DNA from: Fidelibacterota bacterium
Lineage (GTDB): Bacteria; Fidelibacterota; Marinisomatia; Marinisomatales; UBA1611
Direction: 5' to 3'
Length of the DNA stretch: 64,000 nt
Assembly (NCBI GenBank): GCA_018649625.1
Contig: JABIHN010000075.1
Span: 19,798-83,797, forward strand
The position numbers and the translations under genes are program-made. The notes under the pieces are model-generated. The model saw only the letters and a list, made by a program, of their open reading frames with translations, did no database searches and was not told the origin of the DNA. Shown piece after piece: positions 10,851 to 22,097 of this stretch. How positions within the stretch are numbered: the stretch's first letter is position 1; each line of letters opens with the position of its first letter.

Positions 10851-12182
10851 TTAACATTCCTGTTCGAAAAGATCAAGACCTGACCTAATTACGGCACCCA
10901 CGTCAATTTTACTTGGACATGCAAAAGAACAAAGCGCGAAATCTTCGTCGTCACATTCCCACATTCCCAATTGTTCCATTTCTTCAATGTCTTGTGCAAG
11001 AATAGAACGATATAGTTCATTTGGAAGAATATCCATTGGTAACACATTATCCCAAGCATTAAGAGGAATGATTGCGCGTTCTTCTCCATTTTGAGATGAA
11101 GTGAATTTAAAAAGCTTTTCACCTAATGATACAAATGTATTGGTTAAACTATATTTAGTATCACTACTTCCAATTGATAACATTCCCATAAATGGTCTCT
11201 CAACTGTATCCGGAATTAGGGTTACAGCTGAATCATAAAATCCTAAAAAACCATCATCAGCAACAAGTTGTCCAGTTAAAACATCTCCAGATATAAGTCG
11301 TGTAGGGTCGGTTAATTTTTGATTAATAATTAAAGAGTCAACTCTTGAGCCTACTTTTGCATAAACCGTCTGGGGAGCCGTTGCTCCGGGTCCCGCAACT
11401 GTTACAATGACGTCAGGGACATAAACTCCACTCAAAAATAATTTACCTAAGGTAATGACATGTTGTGGATTTACTGTCCACACTATATCACCAGGAGTAA
11501 TAGGTTTGGTATGGTGGATTTGTATTCCAACATTCCCTGCAGGATGAGGCCCTGATATTGTTTGAACAATTGCATCTTTGAGTTCAATCGCGTTTCTAAA
11601 TGTTACATATACTTTCCCATCAGTCAGTTTACTTAAAGCTGTCACCCCAGCTTGAAATGCTTCCTTTTCAGATTCTATAACTGTTTCAATTTGAACAGAT
11701 AAAGGTGCGGAATTAACTGCTGAAATAAATATATCTCGTGGAGTGTCATTTGGATTAGAAATTTTATTATATGGGCGCTGCCGAATTAAGGTAAAGAGAT
11801 TTCCTTCTAGAATTCTAGATAAAATAGTTGGACGATCTGCTCTAGTTAACTGTTCTTGCCTAAAAGCTTCCCCTCTTATAGCTTCAGTACCCGATACAGA
11901 TATCTCAATTTTTTCAACACTTCTACGTGCACCAAACTGGATTGTTTTAACAAGTCCATTTGCTGGGGATGCCCACTTTACATCTGGTTTTGTTTTATCA
12001 AAAAACAAAGGTGAACCAATCTTTACGGTATCTCCTTCATTTACCAGTAATTTAGGTTTTACTCCTCGAAATGTTTTGGGTAAAAGAGCTACTGTTTCCG
12101 ATTTTGGTATAGATGACGTTTCTTTTGTTGGGATACCCGAAATTCGGATATCGTGACCTTTATAAATTATAATCTTTTTCAT
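10851..12182 (-). CDS. nqrA: Na+-NQR subunit A
   Basis: 443 aa soluble subunit at the head of nqrB-F, with GPHPAGNVGIQIHH and C-terminal FALCSFACPSK. Confidence 0.88.
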   Translation of the reverse strand: MKKIIIYKGHDIRISGIPTKETSSIPKSETVALLPKTFRGVKPKLLVNEGDTVKIGSPLFFDKTKPDVKWASPANGLVKTIQFGARRSVEKIEISVSGTEAIRGEAFRQEQLTRADRPTILSRILEGNLFTLIRQRPYNKISNPNDTPRDIFISAVNSAPLSVQIETVIESEKEAFQAGVTALSKLTDGKVYVTFRNAIELKDAIVQTISGPHPAGNVGIQIHHTKPITPGDIVWTVNPQHVITLGKLFLSGVYVPDVIVTVAGPGATAPQTVYAKVGSRVDSLIINQKLTDPTRLISGDVLTGQLVADDGFLGFYDSAVTLIPDTVERPFMGMLSIGSSDTKYSLTNTFVSLGEKLFKFTSSQNGEERAIIPLNAWDNVLPMDILPNELYRSILAQDIEEMEQLGMWECDDEDFALCSFACPSKIDVGAVIRSGLDLFEQEC

Positions 12183-12225
12183 ACGTTTAAATTAGGTATA
12201 AACTAAATTGAGTACCAAGAAACCT

Positions 12226-13716
12226 TTACATTGTTTGTATAAAAAACACCAATGAATTTTGCACCCAATCAGAGACTGGCGTCCAATAAATTCCTAAAAG
12301 AAAAGTTGGTATAGCTGTCACTAAAAGCATGATTGTCATGATTGTAGGTGGTTGAGTAAATCTTTCACTTCTTTCTCCATCTAAAAACATAACTTTAATA
12401 ACTCTCATATAATAATAAAGTGAAACAACACTATTAATTCCACCTATAAAAACAAGCCAATAAAATTGGCTACCGCCCTTAATCAATGAAGCAAAAATAT
12501 AAAACTTTCCAATAAAACCTGCTGTGGGTGGTAACCCCGTAAGAGATACCATAAATAAGGTCATAACTACACCAACAATCGGCATTTTCCACCCTAGACC
12601 TTTATAATCATCGAACGTTTCACCACCAGTTGTATTTTTCACAGTAATTACAACAAAAAATGCACCCAAATTCATAAATAGATACATGACTAAATAAATC
12701 ATAATTGCATAAATACTATCACCCGACATTACAGGCATAGCAAGCAACATATAGCCGGCATGTGCAATACTAGAATATGCCAACATTCGTTTTATATTAT
12801 TTTGTTGAACTGCAACTACATTTCCCAATGTCATTGTAATGATAGCTAATAAACTCAAAATAGTTGCCCATGGTAAAGTAGCAATAGATGTTTCATTCAA
12901 ACCACCCATGGCTCCTCCATCAGCAAATACCTGATTAAAGAACCGAATTATCATAGCAAATGCACCAGCTTTTGGCGCTACAGATAAAAAGGCTGTAATT
13001 GTTGTAGGGGCGCCTTCGTACACATCCGGTGTCCAGAAATGAAAAGGTACAGCTGATATTTTATAACCAAATCCAACCAACAACATAATCATTGCCATTA
13101 ATAAAGCCGTATTAGCACCTGAATCTAGATTTGAGATTGCGTGTTGAATTTCGAAATAATTTGTACTACCCGTTAATCCATAAACATAGCTTAGTCCAAA
13201 TAGCATGATCCCTGATGAAAATGCGCCATAAACTACATATTTCAATCCTGCTTCATTAGATCGAGTATTTTGTTTCAAATATCCAGCTAATATAAATGAC
13301 ATGATTGAAACTATTTCTATTGACAAATAAACCATGATAAGGTCAACAGTTGAAACCATTAAAAATAATCCAAATACTATAATACCTAGCAGGGTAAAAT
13401 ACTCTCCTTTTCGGTAGTCATTTAATTCACCTGATTGAAGACTAACTATGGAAACAAATATCGTAGCTAAGATAATTATAAGTTTGAAAAATGAAGCAAA
13501 TGGGTCTAATACTATTGCATTCGTAAATAAAGTAGTTAAGGTATTCTCTTGAAGATAGATTGCTCCAGCTACTGCAAGCAATCCCGCCACCAAAAACCAG
13601 CCAACATTTCCTGATTTAGATTTATCTATTGATAAATCATAAATAATCGCAACGAGAATGACTCCAATTAATATGAGCTCAGGATAATAAAAAGAAAGAC
13701 TTTGTAGATTTGTCAT
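12226..13716 (-). CDS. nuoN: NADH-quinone oxidoreductase subunit N
   Basis: 496 aa antiporter-like subunit with HFWTPDVYEGAPTTITAFLSVAPK. Last gene of the nuo order. Confidence 0.9.
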   Translation of the reverse strand: MTNLQSLSFYYPELILIGVILVAIIYDLSIDKSKSGNVGWFLVAGLLAVAGAIYLQENTLTTLFTNAIVLDPFASFFKLIIILATIFVSIVSLQSGELNDYRKGEYFTLLGIIVFGLFLMVSTVDLIMVYLSIEIVSIMSFILAGYLKQNTRSNEAGLKYVVYGAFSSGIMLFGLSYVYGLTGSTNYFEIQHAISNLDSGANTALLMAMIMLLVGFGYKISAVPFHFWTPDVYEGAPTTITAFLSVAPKAGAFAMIIRFFNQVFADGGAMGGLNETSIATLPWATILSLLAIITMTLGNVVAVQQNNIKRMLAYSSIAHAGYMLLAMPVMSGDSIYAIMIYLVMYLFMNLGAFFVVITVKNTTGGETFDDYKGLGWKMPIVGVVMTLFMVSLTGLPPTAGFIGKFYIFASLIKGGSQFYWLVFIGGINSVVSLYYYMRVIKVMFLDGERSERFTQPPTIMTIMLLVTAIPTFLLGIYWTPVSDWVQNSLVFFIQTM

Positions 13717-13725
13717 TCTTTATCC

Positions 13726-15270
13726 CTACATGCTAGCAAAGGTTGCCAAAGAAACAACATGCTCAATAATTACATTCATAGTACTCGAAATAACATTCAA
13801 AAATGGTGCTGGATAAATTCCAAAGAAAACAGTTATGATTAATAAAGGGACAACCGTGAATAATTCTAAACGGTTAATTTCGGGAAGATCATTATATTTT
13901 TCATTGAGTTTTCCAAAAAAGATTCTTTGAAATGCCCATAGAAAATATGCTGCATTTAGTAAAATTCCGATTGTGGATGCAATAACAATTCCTTTATAAA
14001 CAGGAAATGCTCCAATGAAACACATAGCTTCACTAATAAATCCTGAAAAACCTGGTAAACCCAAGCCCGCAAAAAATGCAATAGCTGTGATACCCGTATA
14101 AATAGGCATCTGTGATGCTAAACCACCAAATCCATTAATATCTCGATGATGAGCACGGTCATAAATAACTCCAACTAAAATAAAGAGCATTGCAGAAATT
14201 GTACCATGATTAAACATTTGGAAAACTGCGCCCCCTAATCCCGCTTGGGCAGCTTTTAAATTTAGTCCATTTGCTTCACCTGCTGCAATAACTGCCGCCA
14301 TTCCGATTAATGTATATCCCATATGATTTACACTGGAATAAGCGACAAGTTTTTTCAAATCTGTTTGAGCCAACGCACAAAGGCCTCCCCAAACCACATT
14401 GATTAGACCTAAAAATGCAAGTGCGCCAGAAAACCAGTAAACTCCATCAGGCATTAATCCGTAATTAATACGTAGAATACCGTACACACCTAACTTTAGA
14501 AGGATTCCTGCTAATAAAACTGATATAGCTGTGGGCGCTTCAACATGCGCTAATGGCAACCAAGTATGAAATGGAAATACCGGGACTTTTATAGCAAAAC
14601 CAACAAAAAGAAGAACCCAAATAACCTTTACAGCACTCATTCCCCACCAGGTTAATCCATTAAGTGCTTCGGGTGCACGCTCCATTAATAATTGAATATC
14701 AAATGTATTTCCACATGAGAAATAAAGCCCTAGTATCCCAATCAACATAAGGACAGACCCAAATAAGGTATATAAAAAGAATTTTATTGCTGCATATTCA
14801 CGCTGTGGGCCACCCCATATTCCTATAAGGAAATACATCGGTAATAACATTACTTCCCAAAATATGTAGAATAGGAAAAAATCCATGGATAGAAATACAC
14901 CCATAATTCCAGTATCTAATAATAGAAATAGAGCAAAATATCCCTTAACTGCTTTATTGATATTCCAACTTACAAATATACCAATGAAGCATAAAAGACC
15001 TGTCAGAATTACCATCGGGAGACTCAAACCATCAACGCCCAAAATATAGGATATGTTGAAAGATGGAATCCATTCGGCTCTTTCCATGAATTGCATTCCG
15101 CCATTCCCAGCATCGTAATTTTGCCAAAGAACAACGGTTAATAAAAATTGCAACCCTGTTGTAACCGCAGCAACAATTTTTATCAAATCATTTTTATCAC
15201 GCGGTATAAATGCAATGATACCCATCCCAATAATAGGCATCCAAATTAACCAACTGAGAATATTATTCAT
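13726..15270 (-). CDS. nuoM: NADH-quinone oxidoreductase subunit M
   Basis: 514 aa with HTWLPLAHVEAPTAISVLLAGILLK. Confidence 0.9.
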   Translation of the reverse strand: MNNILSWLIWMPIIGMGIIAFIPRDKNDLIKIVAAVTTGLQFLLTVVLWQNYDAGNGGMQFMERAEWIPSFNISYILGVDGLSLPMVILTGLLCFIGIFVSWNINKAVKGYFALFLLLDTGIMGVFLSMDFFLFYIFWEVMLLPMYFLIGIWGGPQREYAAIKFFLYTLFGSVLMLIGILGLYFSCGNTFDIQLLMERAPEALNGLTWWGMSAVKVIWVLLFVGFAIKVPVFPFHTWLPLAHVEAPTAISVLLAGILLKLGVYGILRINYGLMPDGVYWFSGALAFLGLINVVWGGLCALAQTDLKKLVAYSSVNHMGYTLIGMAAVIAAGEANGLNLKAAQAGLGGAVFQMFNHGTISAMLFILVGVIYDRAHHRDINGFGGLASQMPIYTGITAIAFFAGLGLPGFSGFISEAMCFIGAFPVYKGIVIASTIGILLNAAYFLWAFQRIFFGKLNEKYNDLPEINRLELFTVVPLLIITVFFGIYPAPFLNVISSTMNVIIEHVVSLATFASM

Positions 15271-15296
15271 TCTCTCCTCTCATTACTCCATTCGAG

Positions 15297-17348
15297 TTAA
15301 AATGACTGAATAATCATTAATATGATTATTCCTACTGTCACATATAGCAAATAATTTTGCAACTTACCTGTCTGTACTTTCTTAAGTATAGACCCCAAAT
15401 TATCTGCAATTCTACCAAAACCATCTACCAATAATTGGTCGATGATATCATAATCAAATTTTCCAGATACACGACTTGCCCATGCAGTTACACGACCAAA
15501 GCCATTAATAAAATACTTATCATATAATTCCCAATCAATCCATGAAATCTTTTTCGCAAGACGAAGCGTCGGTTGATATAAATATTTATCATAATTTTCA
15601 TCAAAATAATATTTATTCAAACTCCAATCATACAAAAACCCTGCTCGTTTTCCCATATTTTCTGCTGATAAAACATTTTTTAAATACATAAGGACAGCTA
15701 ATCCAATTCCCAACACGGCTACACCAATGGAAAGTCCCATTGCTAAATTGTGTGCATGATGAGCTCCACTTTCAATTGCAAGGGCTGTAAGATTTCCTGG
15801 GACAGCCGAATCTATAGGGCGAACCAATGTTGTAAACCAACTTCCGTGAGTCGAAATTGGATTTAAATGTGGAAAAGTGTACCAAATAGCCACACTTAGA
15901 GTACCAAGCAAGACTAAGGGGCCTGCCATTTCTTTTGGTGATTCGTGAATGTCGTTTATTAATTCAGGCATTTGAGGTTTACCATGGAATGTCATAAACA
16001 TCATTCGAAACATATAGAATGCAGTTATTGCAGCAGCACCAAATCCGAACACCGGAAGTAAAAAATGTTCTGGGTGGTGTTGAGCAAATGAAAGCGATCC
16101 CGCAAGAATAGCATCTTTAGATAGAAATCCTGAAAATAATGGAACGCCGGCAATCGCCATTGTACTTGCCAACATTGACCAATATGTAATGGGCATTTTT
16201 TCTTTAAATCCACCCATATTTCGCATGTCTTGTGGATCTGTATCATGGTCATGCTTTTCATGAAGCGCATGATGCATAGAATGAATCACAGACCCTGAAC
16301 CATAAAATAAATTTGCCTTAAACATTGCATGAGTTAATAAATGAAAAAAGGCTGCAGTATATACCCCTGTTCCAACGGCTAAAATCATATACCCCAACTG
16401 ACTAACTGTTGAATAGGCCAAAACTTTTTTAATATCATTTTGTGTGATTGCTATTGTTGCAGCAAAAAGAGCAGTAAATCCCCCAATATATGCAACAACA
16501 AGAAGAGCATCAGGCGTCAATAATGGAAAAATCCGAACCGTTAAATACACACCAGCAGCAACCATCGTAGCAGCGTGCATCAACGCTGAAACTGGCGTAG
16601 GCCCTTCCATAGCGTCAGGTAACCAAATATGAAGTGGAAATTGGGATGATTTACCCATGGCTCCCATAAAAAGTCCCAAACCTGCTAACGTAAGAGTTGT
16701 ACCAGCAATCAATCCACCTGCAACGCCTTCAAAAATATCAGTGAATGCGAAAGACCCAATGGCAGTGTAGATTAACATAATTCCAATAAAAAATCCAATA
16801 TCACCTACGCGATTTGTAAGAAAAGCTTTTTTGGCAGCATTTGCCGCAGAATCTTTTTCAAACCAATGTCCAATTAAAAGATAAGAACTAACTCCCACTA
16901 ATTCCCAAGACATATACATCGAAATGAGATTATTGGACAGTACAATGCCATTCATGGAAAAAGTAAATAAACCTAAATATGCAAAATATCTAGAATATCG
17001 AATATCGCCTTCTAAATATTTCACAGAGAAAATATGTGTACAAGTTGAAATTAAAGCAACCACCAATAACATAATCACTGTTATGTTATCAACAAGAAAT
17101 CCTAGTTTGATTTTAAATGCTCCCATATCCAACCAGGTGAAAGATGCTTCATGCTTAAAACCAGGATCATAGTCTAAAAGCATAGCAACAAACATTGAAA
17201 TCGATAAAATTAGTGTAATGGAAATTGCACCTATAGATACCCAATCTCCTTGACGAGGTAAACGCTTTCCAATAAATATTTGAATTAAAAATGCTACCAA
17301 AGGCAAAAACAAAATAAATAGAGAGTAATTGATAAAAATATTATTCAT
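15297..17348 (-). CDS. nuoL: NADH-quinone oxidoreductase subunit L
   Basis: 683 aa with WLPDAMEGPTPVSALMHAATMV and the long C-terminal extension typical of NuoL. Confidence 0.92.
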   Translation of the reverse strand: MNNIFINYSLFILFLPLVAFLIQIFIGKRLPRQGDWVSIGAISITLILSISMFVAMLLDYDPGFKHEASFTWLDMGAFKIKLGFLVDNITVIMLLVVALISTCTHIFSVKYLEGDIRYSRYFAYLGLFTFSMNGIVLSNNLISMYMSWELVGVSSYLLIGHWFEKDSAANAAKKAFLTNRVGDIGFFIGIMLIYTAIGSFAFTDIFEGVAGGLIAGTTLTLAGLGLFMGAMGKSSQFPLHIWLPDAMEGPTPVSALMHAATMVAAGVYLTVRIFPLLTPDALLVVAYIGGFTALFAATIAITQNDIKKVLAYSTVSQLGYMILAVGTGVYTAAFFHLLTHAMFKANLFYGSGSVIHSMHHALHEKHDHDTDPQDMRNMGGFKEKMPITYWSMLASTMAIAGVPLFSGFLSKDAILAGSLSFAQHHPEHFLLPVFGFGAAAITAFYMFRMMFMTFHGKPQMPELINDIHESPKEMAGPLVLLGTLSVAIWYTFPHLNPISTHGSWFTTLVRPIDSAVPGNLTALAIESGAHHAHNLAMGLSIGVAVLGIGLAVLMYLKNVLSAENMGKRAGFLYDWSLNKYYFDENYDKYLYQPTLRLAKKISWIDWELYDKYFINGFGRVTAWASRVSGKFDYDIIDQLLVDGFGRIADNLGSILKKVQTGKLQNYLLYVTVGIIILMIIQSF

Positions 17349-17656
17349 TATTCTTTCATCGCAGAAGCTTCATCCACGTTTATAGTATTCATATTGTTAT
17401 AAATATTTATCACAATTGCTAAAGCGACAGCAGCTTCAGCTGCTGCTAATACAATGACAAAAAGGGCAAAAATATGGCCATCCAGATTCATTCCTCCAAA
17501 TCGAGAAAAAGCAATAAAGTTAATATTAGCGGCATTAAGAATTAATTCAACTCCCATCAGTATAGAAATTGCATTTCGACGGGTCATAACTCCAAAAATT
17601 CCCAGTGAGAAAAGGGCTGCAGAAATAATTAGATATGTATTAAGATCGTACATCAA
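17348..17656 (-). CDS. nuoK: NADH-quinone oxidoreductase subunit K
   Basis: 102 aa, three TM helices, with MLMGVELxxNAAN-like [13 protein letters not shown]. Confidence 0.9.
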   Translation of the reverse strand: MMYDLNTYLIISAALFSLGIFGVMTRRNAISILMGVELILNAANINFIAFSRFGGMNLDGHIFALFVIVLAAAEAAVALAIVINIYNNMNTINVDEASAMKE

Positions 17657-18141
17657 TTTTCTTTCCGAGATAAAAGGGCAGCACCAATTAATGCACCTAA
17701 TAATAATAATGAAATTGCTTCAAAAGGAAGTAAATATTTAGTGAGCAAAAGAGTTCCAATACCTGAAACCGTTTCCACCGGTTCTACTGCTTCCACTTGA
17801 AACCAAGATGTTTTTGAAATTACTAAACTAATTAATAAAAATAGCCATATGGCAACTGAACCACCAATACCTTGTTGCATATTGGTTTGAGATAAACGGA
17901 CGGATGAAATTCTATTTGTTAACATAATTCCGAAAATAATTAAGACTAATATTCCACCAATGTAAACCAGTATTTGGACTCCAGCCATAAAATCAGCCCA
18001 GAGGAAAATATAAATTCCAGCCACACCAAATAAGGTAAATAGTAATGCCATTGCAGAATAAATTAATTGATTACTCAAAACAACGATGGCCGCAGATATA
18101 AGCGTCAATGAGACGACAAACCAGAAAGTAAATTCTACCAT
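17653..18141 (-). CDS. nuoJ: NADH-quinone oxidoreductase subunit J
   Basis: 162 aa, five hydrophobic segments, positioned between nuoI and nuoK. Confidence 0.85.
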   Translation of the reverse strand: MVEFTFWFVVSLTLISAAIVVLSNQLIYSAMALLFTLFGVAGIYIFLWADFMAGVQILVYIGGILVLIIFGIMLTNRISSVRLSQTNMQQGIGGSVAIWLFLLISLVISKTSWFQVEAVEPVETVSGIGTLLLTKYLLPFEAISLLLLGALIGAALLSRKEN

Positions 18142-18722
18142 TAAGCTTTCACTTTTTCAGTTGGTTTCAATTTATCCATACCTTCTTTTGTGCCTGGTTT
18201 TGCGAAACGATAAATCAAATCGCTTCGATCAAACTCAGAAAACTCATAATCAATTGGGTGTTTATGTGCATTGGGCCCACCCGTCATAAAAATACATTCT
18301 TCAGGACAAGGATAGGTACATAAATTACAATAACAACATTCAGTCATGTCTATATCAAAGCGCGTAACAACCATAGCTTTTCGTGAGCTATTTGATGTAA
18401 CACCAATATGTCCGATTTCTTGAATATCTTCACCACGTGTAGGTGCTTTTTCGGTCACAATTTTAATACATTGAACTGGACAAGCTCGTTCACATTTTAA
18501 GCACCCAATACAATCATCAATATCAACCTGAAGTCGAGAACGAATTACATTATAATTACTATGATCAAACCCAATATTTCTTTCAGGGCGTGGCCATTTC
18601 TCTTCAGGATATTGTAATGTAACGTTATCTCGACGAATATGCACCATGTGTTTCCATGTAATACCTAAACCAGTCATCATGGTTGAAATAGATTCCCAAA
18701 TATCTCTAAAATATTTTATCAT
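18141..18722 (-). CDS. nuoI: NADH-quinone oxidoreductase subunit I (2x[4Fe-4S])
   Basis: 193 aa with CIGCLKCERACP and CCYCNLCTYPCP. An insertion of about 40 aa lies between the two clusters. Confidence 0.9.
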   Translation of the reverse strand: MIKYFRDIWESISTMMTGLGITWKHMVHIRRDNVTLQYPEEKWPRPERNIGFDHSNYNVIRSRLQVDIDDCIGCLKCERACPVQCIKIVTEKAPTRGEDIQEIGHIGVTSNSSRKAMVVTRFDIDMTECCYCNLCTYPCPEECIFMTGGPNAHKHPIDYEFSEFDRSDLIYRFAKPGTKEGMDKLKPTEKVKA

Positions 18723-18725
18723 AAT

Positions 18726-19799
18726 CTATCCAAAAATGAGTGTCCATACCCCAACACCAAAAATATTAATTAAGCTGATAGGTAGAAATACTTTCCAGCA
18801 AACATTCATTAATTGATCTACTCTAAGTCGAGGAAATGTCCAACGAAACCACATCATAATAAAAATAAGAAATACGATTTTACTCAACATCCAAAAAATT
18901 CCCCAACCATTTGAATCAAAATATCCCGGAATTGGGCTATGCCATCCGCCAAGAAATCCGGCAGCTGCAACTGCGCAAACCACTAACATATTTGCATATT
19001 CACTCAGGAAAAAGAATGACCATCTCATACCCGAATATTCGGTGTGAAATCCACCAACCAATTCAGATTCAGCTTCAGGAATATCAAACGGCGTTCTGTT
19101 TGTTTCTGCTATAACACTGATGAAATAAATCAAAAATGCAATAAACGCAAATGGATTTGCAAAAATAATCCAATTTCCCATACCACCAGATTGATATTCG
19201 ATTATACCTTGCATACTTAAGGTGCCTGTAAGCATAATTATAACAATAATTGATAATCCAGCAGGAATCTCATAACTAACAATTTGGGCTGCAGAACGCA
19301 TCCCACCATATAAAGACCACTTATTATTAGATGACCATCCTGCGATAATTATACCAATTACACCTAATGAGCCCATGGCAAGTATATAAAAAATTCCAAT
19401 ATTGAAATCAGCCACGATTACTGTTTCACCAAAAGGCACTGCAACAATTGCAATAAAAGCGCCTATAAATATTACAAAAGGAGCAAGAATAAATAAAAAC
19501 TTATCAGCTTTCTCAGGAATAATATCTTCTTTTGTAAGGAGTTTTAATGCATCGGCTACCGTTTGCAACAATCCCCACTTCCCTGCATGGAGACCGACAC
19601 CTTGTCCCATTGGACCAACTCTATCCTGCATAAATGCCGCGACTTTTCTTTCTACGTAAACCATGACTATAGCGTTAACTGCCATAACTAAAAATAAAGC
19701 CACACACGGTATTATAATTGCGACCAATAATAAAATGCTGCTGTCCTCAATCGTTGAAGTCAAACTGCTAAGCCAGGAGAATAATAGATCAACTGTCAT
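18726..19799 (-). CDS. nuoH: NADH-quinone oxidoreductase subunit H
   Basis: 357 aa with AETNRTPFDIPEAESELVGGFHTEYSG and FLSEYANM. Confidence 0.93.
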   Translation of the reverse strand: MTVDLLFSWLSSLTSTIEDSSILLLVAIIIPCVALFLVMAVNAIVMVYVERKVAAFMQDRVGPMGQGVGLHAGKWGLLQTVADALKLLTKEDIIPEKADKFLFILAPFVIFIGAFIAIVAVPFGETVIVADFNIGIFYILAMGSLGVIGIIIAGWSSNNKWSLYGGMRSAAQIVSYEIPAGLSIIVIIMLTGTLSMQGIIEYQSGGMGNWIIFANPFAFIAFLIYFISVIAETNRTPFDIPEAESELVGGFHTEYSGMRWSFFFLSEYANMLVVCAVAAAGFLGGWHSPIPGYFDSNGWGIFWMLSKIVFLIFIMMWFRWTFPRLRVDQLMNVCWKVFLPISLINIFGVGVWTLIFG

Positions 19800-20917
19800 C
19801 GATCAATTTCTCCTAGTACAATATCAAGACTTCCCAAGATAGAAATAACATCAGACATCATCCAGCCTTCTGATAATTCACCTAACACAGCTAATGCTGT
19901 AAATGCAGGAGATCTCATTTTCACCCGAGTTGGAATGGGAGACCCATCACTCTCAATATAAAATCCAAGATCACCACGTGGCGTTTCAGTGCGACTGTAA
20001 ATAGATCCTTTAGGTGGACGAATCTTTTTTGGAATCGCTTGATGCACATCTCCATCCTTTGGAATTTGCGCCAAAGCTTGACGAAGAATTTTCACACTTT
20101 CCTTTACTTCTAACATCCGAACATAATATCTATCCCAACAATCGCCCAAGGATCCTTGACCACCGTCTCCAATACAAACATCGAAATCAAATTTATCATA
20201 AATAGAATATGGAGCATTTTTTCTCAAATCCCACTTCACACCCGATGCACGTAGATTAGGACCTGATACACCATAACTAATTGCAACTTCAGGAGGCAAT
20301 ACGCCAATATCAGCCGTTCGTTCAATGAAAATTTTATTGTAAGTGAGTAAATTATTATACTCTTCAATTTGCGGTTCAAAATAATCTAAAAATTGGAAAG
20401 CAGTCTCAACAAAACCTTTTGGTAAATCATGACTCACTCCGCCTACCCACATATAATTATATAAGAGCCTAGCACCACAGGTCATTTCAAACATATCGAG
20501 AATACGTTCTCTATCTCTTAGCATAAACAAGAAAGGTGTAAATGCACCAATATCTAGTCCATAAACCCCCAAAGCTAACAAATGGCTCGCAATACGTTGA
20601 AATTCAGCCATTATCACACGAATATAGTCAACTTTCTCTGGAACTTTTAGCTCCATTAATTCTTCTACTGCAACTACATATCCAAAATTATTTGCCATAG
20701 CAGCAAGATAATCACATCTATCGGTATAAGGAATGACCTGATCATAGGTCATATTTTCACAATGTTTTTCAAAACAACGATGCAGATATCCAATTACAGG
20801 TGTGATTTCAGATATAATCTCCCCATCAGTTTTTACTTTTAAACGAAGCACTCCGTGAGTACTTGGATGTTGCGGTCCAATATTTAGGACCATTTGTTCG
20901 CCGTGTACTACTCCCAT
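19796..20917 (-). CDS. nuoD: NADH-quinone oxidoreductase subunit D
   Basis: 373 aa with NIGPQHPSTHGVLRL, GYLHRCFEK and C-terminal DIVLGEIDR. The N-terminus is short; only 8 aa precede the MVLNIGPQHP block. Confidence 0.92.
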   Translation of the reverse strand: MGVVHGEQMVLNIGPQHPSTHGVLRLKVKTDGEIISEITPVIGYLHRCFEKHCENMTYDQVIPYTDRCDYLAAMANNFGYVVAVEELMELKVPEKVDYIRVIMAEFQRIASHLLALGVYGLDIGAFTPFLFMLRDRERILDMFEMTCGARLLYNYMWVGGVSHDLPKGFVETAFQFLDYFEPQIEEYNNLLTYNKIFIERTADIGVLPPEVAISYGVSGPNLRASGVKWDLRKNAPYSIYDKFDFDVCIGDGGQGSLGDCWDRYYVRMLEVKESVKILRQALAQIPKDGDVHQAIPKKIRPPKGSIYSRTETPRGDLGFYIESDGSPIPTRVKMRSPAFTALAVLGELSEGWMMSDVISILGSLDIVLGEIDR

Positions 20918-21609
20918 CCTTCCTTCACTTTCGGGATTGCAATCCCGTGATAAGTTTCCTGTACTTCATAATCTTTTCTTAGCGGGTAACCTTCCCAATC
21001 TTCCGGAAGTAACATTCTTCTGTGATCTCGATGGCCATCAAAAAATATACCAAACATATCATACGTTTCACGTTCAAACCAATCGCCAATACGCCATATT
21101 TGTTCAATAGAAGGAATGTGAGCATTATCCCTTGGAACTGCAATTCTAATTTCGATATAATGGTCATGAGTCATAGAATGAAAGTTATACCTTGCTTCAA
21201 GTTTTTCATCACCCACATCCATTCCTGTATGACATTGAAGAGAATCAAAATGAAGAGAAGGCTCCGACTTTAACCATTGTGCTATATCAAACCATTGATC
21301 CGGTTTCAATTGGATATGAGTATCATTTAACTCAGAATCAAGTGATCCTGGAAATTTTTTATCAATCATGTGGCCAATTTTTTGATTCAAATTGTCAGAT
21401 GGTTGTTTATCATCAATCGAAACTTCTAAAGTTTTCTTTTCACTCGGGACTATCTTTGTGGCAACCTTAGCTGCTCTTTTAGCTTTAGCTAGAGCAGATT
21501 TTGCTTTGGATCGCAGGACACGATCTTCAATGGCATTAATTGAATCCATATCACCGGATAGACCTTTTTCAACGAGTTCGGCAATTAGCTTCTCTTGATC
21601 AACGCTCAT
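20908..21609 (-). CDS. nuoC: NADH-quinone oxidoreductase subunit C with an extra N-terminal region of about 70 aa
   Basis: 233 aa. The C-terminal ~160 aa are NuoC-like ([38 protein letters not shown]). The first ~70 aa are a Lys/Ala-rich segment not expected in NuoC. Confidence 0.88.
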   Translation of the reverse strand: MSVDQEKLIAELVEKGLSGDMDSINAIEDRVLRSKAKSALAKAKRAAKVATKIVPSEKKTLEVSIDDKQPSDNLNQKIGHMIDKKFPGSLDSELNDTHIQLKPDQWFDIAQWLKSEPSLHFDSLQCHTGMDVGDEKLEARYNFHSMTHDHYIEIRIAVPRDNAHIPSIEQIWRIGDWFERETYDMFGIFFDGHRDHRRMLLPEDWEGYPLRKDYEVQETYHGIAIPKVKEGWE

Positions 21610-22097
21610 GCCATTTTCCGTGTTAAGGGTCGTTCTTCTAATATTTTTTCTTGTAATTTCAATAGACCTTCAATTAAGGCTTCAGGTCTAGGCGGACAGC
21701 CAGGTACATAAACATCTACAGGAACTACAATGTCCACTCCCTTTAAAACATGATATCCGTGCTGCCAATAAGGACCACCACTGGTAGCACAGGAACCCAT
21801 TGCAATTACATATTTAGGGTCAGCCATTTGTTCATATAATTTTTTGACTCTTAGAGCCATTTTCATCGTAACGGTGCCTGCAACAATCATCACATCAGCT
21901 TGACGAGGAGATGAACGAGGCATCATCCCTAATCTTTCAAGATCATGCCGACTTGCTGCAGCTGACATCATTTCAATGGCGCAACACGCTAATCCAAATT
22001 GAAAATACCAAGGTGAAGTAGAACGAGCCCAACTAATCAATTTATCTAGTTTTGCTACAACAACATTGTCTTGAAATTTATTTTCTAATATTCCCAT
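21606..22097 (-). CDS. nuoB: NADH-quinone oxidoreductase subunit B
   Basis: 163 aa with the N2-cluster ligands in [19 protein letters not shown] and [11 protein letters not shown]. Confidence 0.95.
   Translation of the reverse strand: MGILENKFQDNVVVAKLDKLISWARSTSPWYFQFGLACCAIEMMSAAASRHDLERLGMMPRSSPRQADVMIVAGTVTMKMALRVKKLYEQMADPKYVIAMGSCATSGGPYWQHGYHVLKGVDIVVPVDVYVPGCPPRPEALIEGLLKLQEKILEERPLTRKMA

Noticed and set aside
11743-12156. A 137-aa plus-strand ORF inside nqrA, with similar shadow ORFs inside nuoC (21022-21598), tsaD (55584-55982), rpsA (57451-57796) and others
   Set aside because: All lie antisense to strongly supported conserved genes and show no family signatures.
20908-20917. The nuoC/nuoD 10-nt overlap as a possible frameshift of a fused nuoCD gene
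   Set aside because: nuoC has its own stop and nuoD its own ATG, in different frames with intact domains. An ordinary coupled overlap is the simpler reading.
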